Part shown: one piece after another, positions 1 through 9,388 of the stretch
Layout: the number at the start of each line of letters is the position of its first letter
How positions within the stretch are numbered: position 1 is the stretch's first letter
Assembly: GCA_039588295.1 (NCBI GenBank)
Contig: JBDHAB010000027.1
Location: 1-40,516 of the forward strand
Reading direction: 5' to 3'
DNA: 40,516 nucleotides
DNA from: Gemmatimonadota bacterium
Lineage (GTDB): Bacteria; Gemmatimonadota; Gemmatimonadetes; Gemmatimonadales; GWC2-71-9
The notes under the pieces: generated by a model
What the model saw: the letters and a program-made list of their open reading frames with translations, nothing else
Database searches by the model: none
Told to the model about the DNA's origin: nothing
Translations under genes and position numbers: made by a program

Positions 1-635
1 AGCCGGATCTGTCGGGTGGAGCCGTGATCTTGATCCTGGCCGGTACGGTGCTGTTCGCCGCTGGGGCGCGAGTGGGCCACTTCTTGATTCTCGCCGTGGT
101 GGCGCTCCCCATCGTCTGGCACGAGATCGTGTCCGTGCAATACCGTTTGGCCCGCATGGTGAGCTTCCTGAGCTCTGGCACGGACGTGGCCGAGTCCAGC
201 TGGCAGATCAACCAGTCACTGATCGGGATGGGCGCCGGGCGACTGGTGGGAGTGGGGTTCGGTGAGGGGCTCCAGAAACTTGGCTATCTGCAGTACGCGT
301 ATTCGGATTTCATCTTCAGCACGATTGGCGAGGAGTGGGGCTTCATCGGTGTGGTGTTGGTGGTCGCGTTGTTCGGTCTCTACCTGGTGCTCGGTTTCCG
401 CATCGCCCAAAAAGCGTCGGACACGTTCGGTCTTCTCGTTGCGACCGGTCTCACCACGCTCATCGGTCTCGCCGCGTTCCTGCACATCGGGGTCACCCTC
501 GCAGTAGTGCCAACCACAGGCGTCTCGCTCCCGTTCGTGTCGTTTGGCCGGTCGAACCTGCTCGTGTCGTTCCTCGCCACAGGCGTCATCATGAACGTCG
601 CCCGGAATCGCGCGGCACCCAATCGAAGACGGTGA
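1..635 (+). CDS. ftsW: Cell division SEDS protein FtsW (5'-truncated by window edge)
   Basis: Frame open from position 3 (PDLSGG...). Multi-TM; SEDS motifs YSDFIFSTIGEEWG and PTTGVSLPFVSFG; directly precedes murG. Confidence 0.95.
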   Translation, partial: PDLSGGAVILILAGTVLFAAGARVGHFLILAVVALPIVWHEIVSVQYRLARMVSFLSSGTDVAESSWQINQSLIGMGAGRLVGVGFGEGLQKLGYLQYAYSDFIFSTIGEEWGFIGVVLVVALFGLYLVLGFRIAQKASDTFGLLVATGLTTLIGLAAFLHIGVTLAVVPTTGVSLPFVSFGRSNLLVSFLATGVIMNVARNRAAPNRRR

Positions 636-1726
636 AGCGCATCCTCATTGCCGGTGGTGGTACCGGCGGTCACTTGATGCCCGGCCTGGCGCTGGCCGAG
701 GCGCTACAGCGTGAGTCGGCCGACGTGGAGCCGGTGCTTGTCGGCGCGAGTCGGGGCGTGGAGGCCAGGGTGCTGCCCACTCGGGAGTTCCGCTACTACC
801 TCCTGCCGGTCGAGCCGATCTACCGCCGCGCTTGGTGGAAGAATGCGCGGTGGCCGTTTCTGCTCGCCCGACTCCTTCGCGCAGGCCGACGCGTGTTGAA
901 TGCGGAAGATCCCGTCGTAGCCGTGGGGACCGGAGGGTATGCGGCTGGACCGATTCTGGTTCAGGCAATGCGCAGAAGGCTCCCGGTCGTGCTCCAAGAG
1001 CAGAACGCCTTCCCCGGAGTGACCACGCGGTGGCTGGCGCGCCGTGCGCGGCAGGTCCACCTGGGCTTCCCGGAGGCCCGGGTGTACCTCCGACCGGGAC
1101 CCAGAACCGAGATCTGCCAGTACGGTAATCCGATCACCCCACCACCGGTGCCACGGCCTGAGGCGATGGTGGCTCGGGAACGCCTGGGCGTCCCGCAAGG
1201 GTCGCGCGTGGTGTTCGTCATGGGTGGCAGCCAGGGCGCCCGCAGCATCAACCGAGTGGTGGCTCGGGCCGTCGATTCGGGTGGGCTCGACCGGATTCAC
1301 TTGCTCTGGGGCACGGGTGCGGGGATGTGGGAGGAATACCGCCATTATGACAAGCAGCCAACGCGAATCGTGAGGTCATTCTGGGATCCCATATCGGACG
1401 CCTACGCGGCAGCGGATGTTGTGGTCGGGAGGGCTGGTGCCATGACGACAGCCGAGCTGTGCGCGTGGGCAATGCCGTCCGTGTTGATTCCGTTGCCGAC
1501 GTCGGCTGGCGGTCACCAAAACCGTAACGCCGAGGCGCTCGCTCGGAGCGGCGCCGCGACCCATCTCCCAGAACCTGCATTGACGCCCGCCACGCTATGT
1601 GAAGAACTCGCGCGGCTCCTGGACCATCCCGCCCGGCTTCGGGCCATGGGGCAGGCGGCTGGAGCGCGCGGGCAGCCGCACGCCGCCCAAAGCATCGCTC
1701 GACACATTCTGGGCTTGGTGGGCTAA
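632..1726 (+). CDS. murG: Undecaprenyl-PP-MurNAc-pentapeptide GlcNAc transferase MurG
   Basis: GGGTGGH, EQNAFPG, GGSQGA and RAGA motifs. GTG start overlaps the ftsW stop (GTGA); the ORF-track start at 335 is an extension inside ftsW. Confidence 0.97.
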   Translation: MKRILIAGGGTGGHLMPGLALAEALQRESADVEPVLVGASRGVEARVLPTREFRYYLLPVEPIYRRAWWKNARWPFLLARLLRAGRRVLNAEDPVVAVGTGGYAAGPILVQAMRRRLPVVLQEQNAFPGVTTRWLARRARQVHLGFPEARVYLRPGPRTEICQYGNPITPPPVPRPEAMVARERLGVPQGSRVVFVMGGSQGARSINRVVARAVDSGGLDRIHLLWGTGAGMWEEYRHYDKQPTRIVRSFWDPISDAYAAADVVVGRAGAMTTAELCAWAMPSVLIPLPTSAGGHQNRNAEALARSGAATHLPEPALTPATLCEELARLLDHPARLRAMGQAAGARGQPHAAQSIARHILGLVG

Positions 1727-1759
1727 GTCTAGAACCTTTCGTAACTTTCGTGTCCACCT

Positions 1760-1765
1760 TATATT
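1760..1765 (+). promoter_or_regulatory. Putative internal -10 element (TATATT) upstream of murC
   Basis: AT-rich 51-bp murG-murC gap; TATATT 12 nt before the murC ATG; no convincing -35 or Shine-Dalgarno. Confidence 0.35.
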
Positions 1766-1777
1766 AGCTGCCCACCA

Positions 1778-3157
1778 ATGCACCTTTTTGCCCCGGAAGA
1801 TCCCCGACCTATCCATTTCATGGGGATAGCCGGCGCCGGGATGAGTGCGGTCGCACTTGTCGCCCAGCGTCGGGGGCTGCCGGTTACCGGATGTGACACC
1901 AATGTGGAAAACATAGCCGATCTCGAACGGCAGGGGGCAACGGTTCACACAGGACATGATCCGGGACATGTAACTGGATCTAGAGCTGTGATTTATACTG
2001 CTGCTGTTCAAGCAGATCATCCAGAGTTGGAAGCGGCGCGGGCAGCCGGGATCCCGGTTCTTTCACGGGCGGAGGCGCTGAGCCGCGTCGTCGAGAATGG
2101 GTCCGTAATTGGGGTGTCGGGGACCCATGGCAAGACCACGACCGCAGCGATGGCGGCTTTTGGGCTCGACGCGGCCGGCCGCGACCCGACGGCGCTCGTG
2201 GGCGGACGGGTTGCGGCGTGGGGTGGAAACGCTCGAATTGGCGGAGACGACCTCTTCGTGGTTGAGGCCGACGAATACGATCAGTCGTTCCTTCAGCTCA
2301 CGCCCACTGTGGCTGTCGTGGGCAACGTCGAAGCTGACCATCTGGAATGCTATGGGTCCTTGGCCGACCTCGAGGCGGCGTTCATCGAGTTTGCTGGCCG
2401 CGCGGAGCGGGTTGTGGTCTCCGCTGATGACGGCGGGGCTGGTCGGGTGGGCAAGGCCGTGAGGGTGCCAGTTTGGCGCGTCGGGCTGGCGCAAGACTCT
2501 GACATTCGGTTGGCGAACGTTCGACGCGAGTCCACACGCACGTCTGCCACGTTGGCGCTCCCCGATGGGGCCTTCGTTGAGCTGAGCTTGCGTGTCCCGG
2601 GCCTGCATAATCTCCGCAACGCCGCCCTTGCGGTTGGGGCTGCACTGGCGGTGGACGCGGACCCAGAGGCGGTGGTTCGAGGCGTCGCGAAGTTCGATGG
2701 AGTGGGTCGCAGGTTTGAGCTGCTGGGGACCCACGGCGGGGTGACCGTCATCGATGATTATGCCCACCATCCTTCGGAGATCGCTGCGACGCTGGGGGCG
2801 GTGCGCCAACGCTTCCCCCACGCTCGCGTGGTGGCCGTGTTCCAGCCGCACCTGTACTCGCGCACGAAGGCGCTGGGCAATGCCATGGGGATCGCCCTCG
2901 CCATGGCCGACGTGGTCGTCGTCACGGATGTCTATCGCGCCCGGGAAGAGCCCATCCCAGGCGTCTCGGGCGAGCTCGTGGCGCGCGCCGCGCGAAAGGC
3001 GGGGGGGACTGTCCAGTGGATCCCCAAGCGTGAGGAGCTGGCCGACGAGGTGCTGGACACCGTGGTTGATGGCGACGTCGTTGTCACGCTCGGAGCGGGG
3101 GATGTCACCCAGGTGGGACACGAGGTCGTCCGTCGGCTGGCAGGCATGGCCGCATGA
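1778..3157 (+). CDS. murC: UDP-N-acetylmuramate--L-alanine ligase
   Basis: GIAGAGMS, GTHGKTTT (P-loop), VEADEYD, DDYAHHP and VFQPH motifs; dcw position. Confidence 0.97.
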   Translation: MHLFAPEDPRPIHFMGIAGAGMSAVALVAQRRGLPVTGCDTNVENIADLERQGATVHTGHDPGHVTGSRAVIYTAAVQADHPELEAARAAGIPVLSRAEALSRVVENGSVIGVSGTHGKTTTAAMAAFGLDAAGRDPTALVGGRVAAWGGNARIGGDDLFVVEADEYDQSFLQLTPTVAVVGNVEADHLECYGSLADLEAAFIEFAGRAERVVVSADDGGAGRVGKAVRVPVWRVGLAQDSDIRLANVRRESTRTSATLALPDGAFVELSLRVPGLHNLRNAALAVGAALAVDADPEAVVRGVAKFDGVGRRFELLGTHGGVTVIDDYAHHPSEIAATLGAVRQRFPHARVVAVFQPHLYSRTKALGNAMGIALAMADVVVVTDVYRAREEPIPGVSGELVARAARKAGGTVQWIPKREELADEVLDTVVDGDVVVTLGAGDVTQVGHEVVRRLAGMAA

Positions 3158-3834
3158 GGCGGCAACACCTGCTCCTGGGAGCGGGGGTGCTGGCCCTGGG
3201 GACTGCGGCGGCGCTGGTGCCCCAGCTCCTGCGGCGCGTCGATTTCTTCCGGGTCCGTCAAGTCGAGCTGGCCGGACTGCGATATTCAGCGCCAGAGCAG
3301 GTGCTGGCCACGCTGCAGCTGGAGCCCGAGCGAAACGTGTTCGATCCGCTCGGGGACGTTGAGCGTCGTGCAGCGAGCGTACCCGGCGTCAGCACGGTAC
3401 GCATTGCGCGTCGCCTCCCCGGCACGCTGCACGTGGTGTTCGTCGAGGAGGATCCCATTGCGTTCGCACGAGGGCAGGAGGGGCTGGTCCCGCTGGGCGT
3501 TGACGCACGACCACTTCCCTACGATCCATCCTTGACGGGCTTCGATCTGCCGATCGTCGAGCAAGCCGACAGCCAGCTAACGCAGCTGCTGGCGCTTGTG
3601 CGCAATACGGATACCACGCTTTTTCAGCTAGTGGATGGGGCGCGCCGGGGGCCGGGAGACGCGATCATTCTGGAGTTGGGAGCGCAGAGAGTACTGTTCA
3701 GGGCGGCACCGTTGCGGTCGAGGATTCGCGACGTGCAAACCGTGCGGTGGCATCTGCTGCGGAATCGCATCTCGTTCCACGAGCTGGATGCGCGGTTTGA
3801 CGGGGGCGTCGTCGTCCGTGGGGGGGATGCGTGA
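3154..3834 (+). CDS. ftsQ: FtsQ/DivIB-like protein (TM + POTRA domain)
   Basis: N-terminal TM, FRVRQVELAG...RRLPGTLHV POTRA-like segment, C-terminal LDARFDGGVVV; between murC and ftsA with 4-nt overlaps. Confidence 0.85.
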   Translation: MRRQHLLLGAGVLALGTAAALVPQLLRRVDFFRVRQVELAGLRYSAPEQVLATLQLEPERNVFDPLGDVERRAASVPGVSTVRIARRLPGTLHVVFVEEDPIAFARGQEGLVPLGVDARPLPYDPSLTGFDLPIVEQADSQLTQLLALVRNTDTTLFQLVDGARRGPGDAIILELGAQRVLFRAAPLRSRIRDVQTVRWHLLRNRISFHELDARFDGGVVVRGGDA

Positions 3835-5063
3835 AGCGCGAGAATCTGGTGGCCGGTCTCGATGTCGGAAGCACCAAGACCTGTGCGGTAATCGCCGAGA
3901 TCGCGGGGACCGAGCGAGCGCCAATGGCCAAGATCCTTGGCGTTGGTCTTGCGCGCACCACCGGCGTCCGTCGCGGTGTCGTGCGCGACATCGAAGAGAC
4001 GACCCGGGCCGTGGCGAGCGCCCTGCGGGATGCCGAGCGGATGGCGGGCGTCAGGGTACCAGCGGTCTATTGTGGGGTGGCCACGGAAAACGTGCGAACC
4101 CAGCTCACGAAAGGGCTGGTGAGCGTCGCCGCCGACGAAATCCGGCCGCAAGATGTGCGGCGCGTCCACGAAGTCGCGCTCTCGGTCAGTTTGGGTGAAG
4201 AGCGGGAGTTGCTGATCCCCATTCCCCAGGAATACACCGTAGACAAGCAGGGAGGTATCAACGACCCGATCGGCATGACGGGGATGCGTCTCGAGGTCGA
4301 GATGCGGCTCGTGGCGGTGCACAAGCAAGCGGCGCAGAATCTGAAGAAGTCGGTGGAGCGTGCCGGGTATCGCGTGACCGAGTTGGTGCTCGAGCCGCTG
4401 GCCGCGGCGCAGTCCGTGCTAACGGAGGAAGAGAAGGAACTGGGCTGCGCGCTGGTCGAGCTTGGCGGCGGCTCCACCACGGTGGCTATCTTCCACGACG
4501 ATAAGCTGCGACACCTCTCGTCGGATCGGTGCGCGGGCTCGTACGTCACGAGTGATCTTGTGCAGGGGCTGAGTGTGACGCAGACGGACGCGGAGCGCTT
4601 GAAGGAACGCTGGGGTGTTGCGTACACTCCGTTGGTCGATCAGGACGACATGGTCGAGCTTCCGGGTACGCCGGGGCAGGGCGCGCGCCAGGCGAAGCGT
4701 GAGTTGATCGCCCACATCATTCATCAGCGGCTCGACGAGATCTTCGGCCGCGTGCTGGACCAGATTGAGCATGCCGGATACGCGGGTCGGTTATCGGCGG
4801 GGATCGTATTGACCGGCGGCGGCGCGCACCTGGCCGGCATCGTGGAGCTTGGACGGGATGTATTTGCCATGCCGGTGCGCAAGGGCGTGCCGGAACGGGA
4901 TATCAAGGGATTAGTGGACAGCGTGCAGGCGCCTCGGTACGCCGTGCCGGTCGGGCTGGCGCTGTATGGCGTGCGCAGTCGAGCGCAGGCGGACACCGCG
5001 GGTGACACCGCGGTCGATCGCATGTTGGGCCCAGTGAAGCGCTGGCTCCAGGAGTTCTTTTAA
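3831..5063 (+). CDS. ftsA: Cell division protein FtsA
   Basis: GLDVGSTK, ELGGGST and VLTGGG actin-fold motifs; C-terminal amphipathic VKRWLQEFF. Confidence 0.97.
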   Translation: MKRENLVAGLDVGSTKTCAVIAEIAGTERAPMAKILGVGLARTTGVRRGVVRDIEETTRAVASALRDAERMAGVRVPAVYCGVATENVRTQLTKGLVSVAADEIRPQDVRRVHEVALSVSLGEERELLIPIPQEYTVDKQGGINDPIGMTGMRLEVEMRLVAVHKQAAQNLKKSVERAGYRVTELVLEPLAAAQSVLTEEEKELGCALVELGGGSTTVAIFHDDKLRHLSSDRCAGSYVTSDLVQGLSVTQTDAERLKERWGVAYTPLVDQDDMVELPGTPGQGARQAKRELIAHIIHQRLDEIFGRVLDQIEHAGYAGRLSAGIVLTGGGAHLAGIVELGRDVFAMPVRKGVPERDIKGLVDSVQAPRYAVPVGLALYGVRSRAQADTAGDTAVDRMLGPVKRWLQEFF

Positions 5064-5086
5064 CACCACGCGAGGACGAGGGACTC

Positions 5087-6232
5087 ATGGTCTTCGAGCT
5101 CGAAGAGACGGTCGGAAAGAACGCTCGCATGAAGGTCGCCGGGGTTGGCGGTGGCGGCGGCAACGCGGTCAACCGCATGATCGCGGAGCAGCTCTCGAGC
5201 GTGGAGTTCATCTCGGTCAACACCGATGCGCAATCGTTGCTGCACAACCGAGCGGACGTGAAAGTCCAGATCGGCAAGAAGCTCACGCGTGGGCTGGGTG
5301 CGGGAGCGCGTCCTGAGATCGGGCGTCAGGCCATCGAAGAAAACCGAGACGACGTGCTCCACGTCCTCGAGGGCGCGGACCTCGTGTTCGTCACGTGTGG
5401 GATGGGGGGTGGAACCGGGACCGGTGCAGCACCAGTGATCGCCCAGCTAGCGCGGGACGTTGGGGCGCTGGCTGTCGGCATCGTGACGAAGCCGTTTCTG
5501 TTCGAAGGACGCAAGCGGATGCGCCAGGCCGAGATCGGTATTGCGGAGATGCGCAAGCACGTCGATACCATGATCGTGGTCCCGAACGAGCGCCTCCTCG
5601 CGGTCGTTGGCAAGAACGTTCCATTCCAGGACGCGCTCAAGAAGGCGGACGAGGTCCTGCTGCACGCGACCCAAGGCATCTCCACGCTCATCAGCGTCAC
5701 CGGACTGGTCAACGTCGACTTCGCCGATGTGCGGACCGTCATGCAGAATGGCGGATCAGCCCTGATGGGAACCGGTGTTGGACGGGGCGAGGATCGCGCC
5801 ATCGAAGGCGCGCAGCAGGCCATCACCAGCCCGCTGCTCGACAACGTATCCATCGGCGGATCGACCGGCGTGCTGGTCAACATCACGGGCGGCGAGGACC
5901 TCACACTCGGCGAGGTCAATCAGATCAGTGAGATCATTCACGACGCCGCCGGTGATCAGGCCGAGATCATCTTTGGGGCCGTCAACGACCCCGCGATGGC
6001 CGGCGAGGCACGGGTGACGGTGATCGCGACCGGATTCGACAAGGTCCTCAACCAGCATGAAGGGCCGTTCGGCCGGCCCGGGCAGCCCGGCGTACTCCCG
6101 TTCCCACAGCGGTCGGGACGATCGGCGGCGGCGGCCGTGGCATCCTCGACCCCACGGCCCGAGCCGGAGGTGCAGGAGCCTGACGTGTCGGAGATGGAGA
6201 TTCCCACGTTCATTCGGCGCCAAATGGACTGA
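5087..6232 (+). CDS. ftsZ: Cell division protein FtsZ
   Basis: GVGGGGGNAVN, GMGGGTGTG tubulin signature, NVDFADV, C-terminal EIPTFIRR. Confidence 0.99.
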   Translation: MVFELEETVGKNARMKVAGVGGGGGNAVNRMIAEQLSSVEFISVNTDAQSLLHNRADVKVQIGKKLTRGLGAGARPEIGRQAIEENRDDVLHVLEGADLVFVTCGMGGGTGTGAAPVIAQLARDVGALAVGIVTKPFLFEGRKRMRQAEIGIAEMRKHVDTMIVVPNERLLAVVGKNVPFQDALKKADEVLLHATQGISTLISVTGLVNVDFADVRTVMQNGGSALMGTGVGRGEDRAIEGAQQAITSPLLDNVSIGGSTGVLVNITGGEDLTLGEVNQISEIIHDAAGDQAEIIFGAVNDPAMAGEARVTVIATGFDKVLNQHEGPFGRPGQPGVLPFPQRSGRSAAAAVASSTPRPEPEVQEPDVSEMEIPTFIRRQMD

Positions 6233-7500
6233 TGCCCCGCAAAGCGATCCTTCGGTTCGCCACGGTAGCCGCCGCGGCCGGAGCCTTATGGGTCGGTCGG
6301 ACATTGTGGGCGGGCCAGCGCCTGCCGGTGGCCGCGCCGATGGTCGTGAACACGGCGTACGACGAACAAGCTGATACGCTCGAATGGGGTGAGACGCTGT
6401 CCGATCTCCTAGCCCGACACAACATCGTCGGCCAGGAGCTCTACCGGGTGCTCGCCGCAGCGAACGCCATCGATCCGCGGCGCGTGAAGGCCGGGCAGGT
6501 GTTCCAGTTTCGCTACGTGCTCCACGAACCCGCCCCCCACCGGATCACCGTGCGGCTCGGCAATGCGGAGCTTCTGCGGCTGGAGCGCGATTCGACAATC
6601 GGGTGGCGGGCCGAATCGGAGACGATCGGCTGGGCGGTCGAGCGGCAGATCGTGGAAGGGACGGTGCGCTCGTCGCTATACGAGACCGTTGATGAGCTGA
6701 TACCCTCGGCGGTGCTGCCGGCCCAGGAGCGCGCGCGGCTCATCTGGGACCTCGCCGACGGTGTCTTTGGCTGGGTGATCGACTTCACCCGGGATAACTA
6801 CGAGGGCGATGCGTTCCAAATCGTGTTCGAGCGACTCACGTCCGATCTCGGCGATGTGCGGTTCGGACGCATCCTGGCCGTCAAGCTCGAAACGCGCGGT
6901 ACGGAAAACGCCGCGTATGCGATGACCGACGATGCGGGCCGCAACGTGTACTACGATGCCGAAGGCCACTCGCTGCGGCGCGCATTCAAACTCTACCCCG
7001 CAGAGTTCCGCCGCATTTCGTCGGGTTTTTCGCGGTCGCGGTTTCATCCGATCCTCCGGCGCAACCGAGCGCACCTTGGGATCGATTACTCAGCTGGCGC
7101 CGGAACGCCCATCATGGCGACGGGAGACGGTACCGTCGTGCGCGCGGGACGCTGGGGTAGCTACGGCATCGTCGTGGCGATCCGGCACCCGAAAGGGATT
7201 GAGACCCGGTACGCACACATGAGTAAGATCGAGCGCGGGATCCGGGCGGGCGTGCGAATTCGCCAGGGCCAGCGCATCGGCTATGTCGGGATGACCGGGC
7301 TCGCAACGGCGCCGCACCTCCACTACGAATTCATCAAGAACGGTCGGCACGTCGATCCCCGGTCCGCCGTCCGTTTTGGCGAGGGAGATCCTGTGGCGAA
7401 GGCCCGCCGGGCCGAATTCGACTCGCTCAAAACACACTACGACCACCTGTTCGATCCTCCCGCCGTCGCTCCATCTCCCATCGTGGCGGGGATGGACTGA
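6232..7500 (+). CDS. M23-family peptidoglycan endopeptidase (MepM-like, with N-terminal anchor and LysM/OapA-like region)
   Basis: HLGID (HxxxD), YAHMS and HLH zinc motifs; GETLSDLL LysM-like segment; TGATG overlap with ftsZ. Confidence 0.9.
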   Translation: MPRKAILRFATVAAAAGALWVGRTLWAGQRLPVAAPMVVNTAYDEQADTLEWGETLSDLLARHNIVGQELYRVLAAANAIDPRRVKAGQVFQFRYVLHEPAPHRITVRLGNAELLRLERDSTIGWRAESETIGWAVERQIVEGTVRSSLYETVDELIPSAVLPAQERARLIWDLADGVFGWVIDFTRDNYEGDAFQIVFERLTSDLGDVRFGRILAVKLETRGTENAAYAMTDDAGRNVYYDAEGHSLRRAFKLYPAEFRRISSGFSRSRFHPILRRNRAHLGIDYSAGAGTPIMATGDGTVVRAGRWGSYGIVVAIRHPKGIETRYAHMSKIERGIRAGVRIRQGQRIGYVGMTGLATAPHLHYEFIKNGRHVDPRSAVRFGEGDPVAKARRAEFDSLKTHYDHLFDPPAVAPSPIVAGMD

Positions 7501-7564
7501 CCGAATCCGTGACAACTCGAGTACCTGCGAGACGCCCTCGACTACGACCCCGGGGTGAAGCTGG

Positions 7565-9388
7565 ATGTTGCTGACAGTGGCTGCGGTGGCTGGCGCTGCG
7601 GCGGTCGCCCTGTTCCTGTACGTTCGGCAGGAGCGGCTTGGCTGGGAGGGCGTCGCGCTCGCGGCCCTGCGCACTGCGGGTCTGACGGCCCTGGTGCTCC
7701 TGGTCGTGAATCCGGCGTGGCTCACCCGCCGGACCAGTCTGCCGGCCGTTGTGCTGCTCGATCAATCTCTCAGTATGGGTGTTGCAGGTGGGTCGTGGCT
7801 CGCCGCCGTCGACTCGGCAGTCCGGATCGCCGGCCCGAATGGTACGATCCTGGGCTTCGGCCGCGATGTCGGTCCCTTCGTGCAGAACGAACCACTAGAC
7901 GGGTTCTCCCGCGTTGGCGCGGCGCTCGCCACGGCGCGCGCACTCGGTGGGCCGACGACGATCATCACGGACGGTGAGGTCACCGATGCCGAGGCCATAC
8001 CGCGTGATCTGCTGCGCGGCGTACGCGTGGTGCATCTCCCTCGACAGACGCTTTCCGGAGTCGCGCTGCTGGACGTTCATCTACCCGGACAAGTCGAGGC
8101 CGACGATTCCCTCACGGCCACGATCACCCTGGGTACGTGGGGTTCGCCCAGTCCGTCCAATGCGCGCGTCGAAGTGTTCCTGAATGAGCGTCGACTCGCC
8201 GAGCGCGACGTTGACCTTCCGACAGCCCCGGCAACCGTACGTCGACAGATCGTGATGCCGCCCCGCGTGCTCGGCAATGGCGAGCATGCGTTAGCGTTCC
8301 GGCTGCAGGTCGCCAACGATGCCGAAACGCGCGATAACGAGCGGTGGCGCGTGATTTCGGTCTCCGAGCAGCCCTCGGTGATGGTGATCGTGGATCCTGC
8401 GGATTGGGAGGGTCGATTCCTCGTGCGCGGGCTCTCCGAGATCGCGGGCGCACCGGTGCGAAGCGTGGCCCGCATTGGGGATGATCGCTGGGTCGATATG
8501 CGGTCGATGGCGACAGTGTCGGTGTCGCAAATTCGTGGCTGGGCGCGCGGTGCCGCGCTGTTGGTCATCCGGGGGCGTGCCAGCATCCTCGATGGGACCG
8601 CGCGCGCCACGCCATCCTGGCGCTGGCTGGCGGGCGATGAGCGGGATTCCGTTGTCCCAGGAGACTGGTACCTCACGGCCCAACCGACGATCTCACCGTT
8701 GGCCGCCGGTTTGGCGCGTGTCGAGTGGGACTCGTTGCCGCCGCTCACTGGGGTCGTTCCTGCGACTGAGGCCGAGCACTGGGTGGCGCTCACGGCGCGC
8801 CAGGCGCGACGCGGTGTTGCCCGCCCTGTGCTGATGGGCACCGACTCGGGTGCGGCCCGCGTCCTGTTCACCCGCGCCACCGGGTTCTGGCGATGGAGCA
8901 TGCGTGGAGGTGCCGGACGAGAGGCGATTCGCACGGTGCTGGCAACGGGCCTCGACTGGTTACTGCGGTCGGAGGGCACGGGTATTCGCGGCAGGCTCGT
9001 AGCCAGCCCGGTCGTGGCTCGCGGGGTGCCGGTGACCTTCGAGTGGGCGCGCGATCGCGTAGCGGATTCGGCCGTGGTCTTCGTGAGCGGAGAGATCGAT
9101 CGAGAGCTGGTGCTTCGCTTCGATGCCGAGGGCATCGCGCAAGTCGACCTCGAGCCGGGTGTCTACCGTTGGTCGGTATCGGAGCACGGTGCGTCGGGTG
9201 TGGCCGTTGTTGAGGCGTACTCCGATGAGTACCCACCGGCATCGGGCGCCGCGCTGACGGCGGGCCCGACATCGGGTGCGTCACCCCGGGTGGTGGCGTT
9301 TCTGCGGGAACGCTGGTGGCCATTCGTGATTGCGGTGATCGCGTTCCTGGGTGAGTGGGCCTGGCGCCAGCGCCGGGGCTTGCCATGA
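7565..9388 (+). CDS. Membrane-anchored vWA/MIDAS-motif hypothetical protein
   Basis: Two N-terminal TMs; LLDQSLSM (DxSxS) and ITDG MIDAS-like motifs; Ig-like middle region; C-terminal TM ending EWAWRQRRGLP. Confidence 0.75.
   Translation: MLLTVAAVAGAAAVALFLYVRQERLGWEGVALAALRTAGLTALVLLVVNPAWLTRRTSLPAVVLLDQSLSMGVAGGSWLAAVDSAVRIAGPNGTILGFGRDVGPFVQNEPLDGFSRVGAALATARALGGPTTIITDGEVTDAEAIPRDLLRGVRVVHLPRQTLSGVALLDVHLPGQVEADDSLTATITLGTWGSPSPSNARVEVFLNERRLAERDVDLPTAPATVRRQIVMPPRVLGNGEHALAFRLQVANDAETRDNERWRVISVSEQPSVMVIVDPADWEGRFLVRGLSEIAGAPVRSVARIGDDRWVDMRSMATVSVSQIRGWARGAALLVIRGRASILDGTARATPSWRWLAGDERDSVVPGDWYLTAQPTISPLAAGLARVEWDSLPPLTGVVPATEAEHWVALTARQARRGVARPVLMGTDSGAARVLFTRATGFWRWSMRGGAGREAIRTVLATGLDWLLRSEGTGIRGRLVASPVVARGVPVTFEWARDRVADSAVVFVSGEIDRELVLRFDAEGIAQVDLEPGVYRWSVSEHGASGVAVVEAYSDEYPPASGAALTAGPTSGASPRVVAFLRERWWPFVIAVIAFLGEWAWRQRRGLP

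Noticed and set aside
7501..7570. Possible frameshifted start (GTG 7555) or small ORF before the vWA gene
   Set aside because: ATG 7565 already gives a complete TM N-terminus; no independent support.
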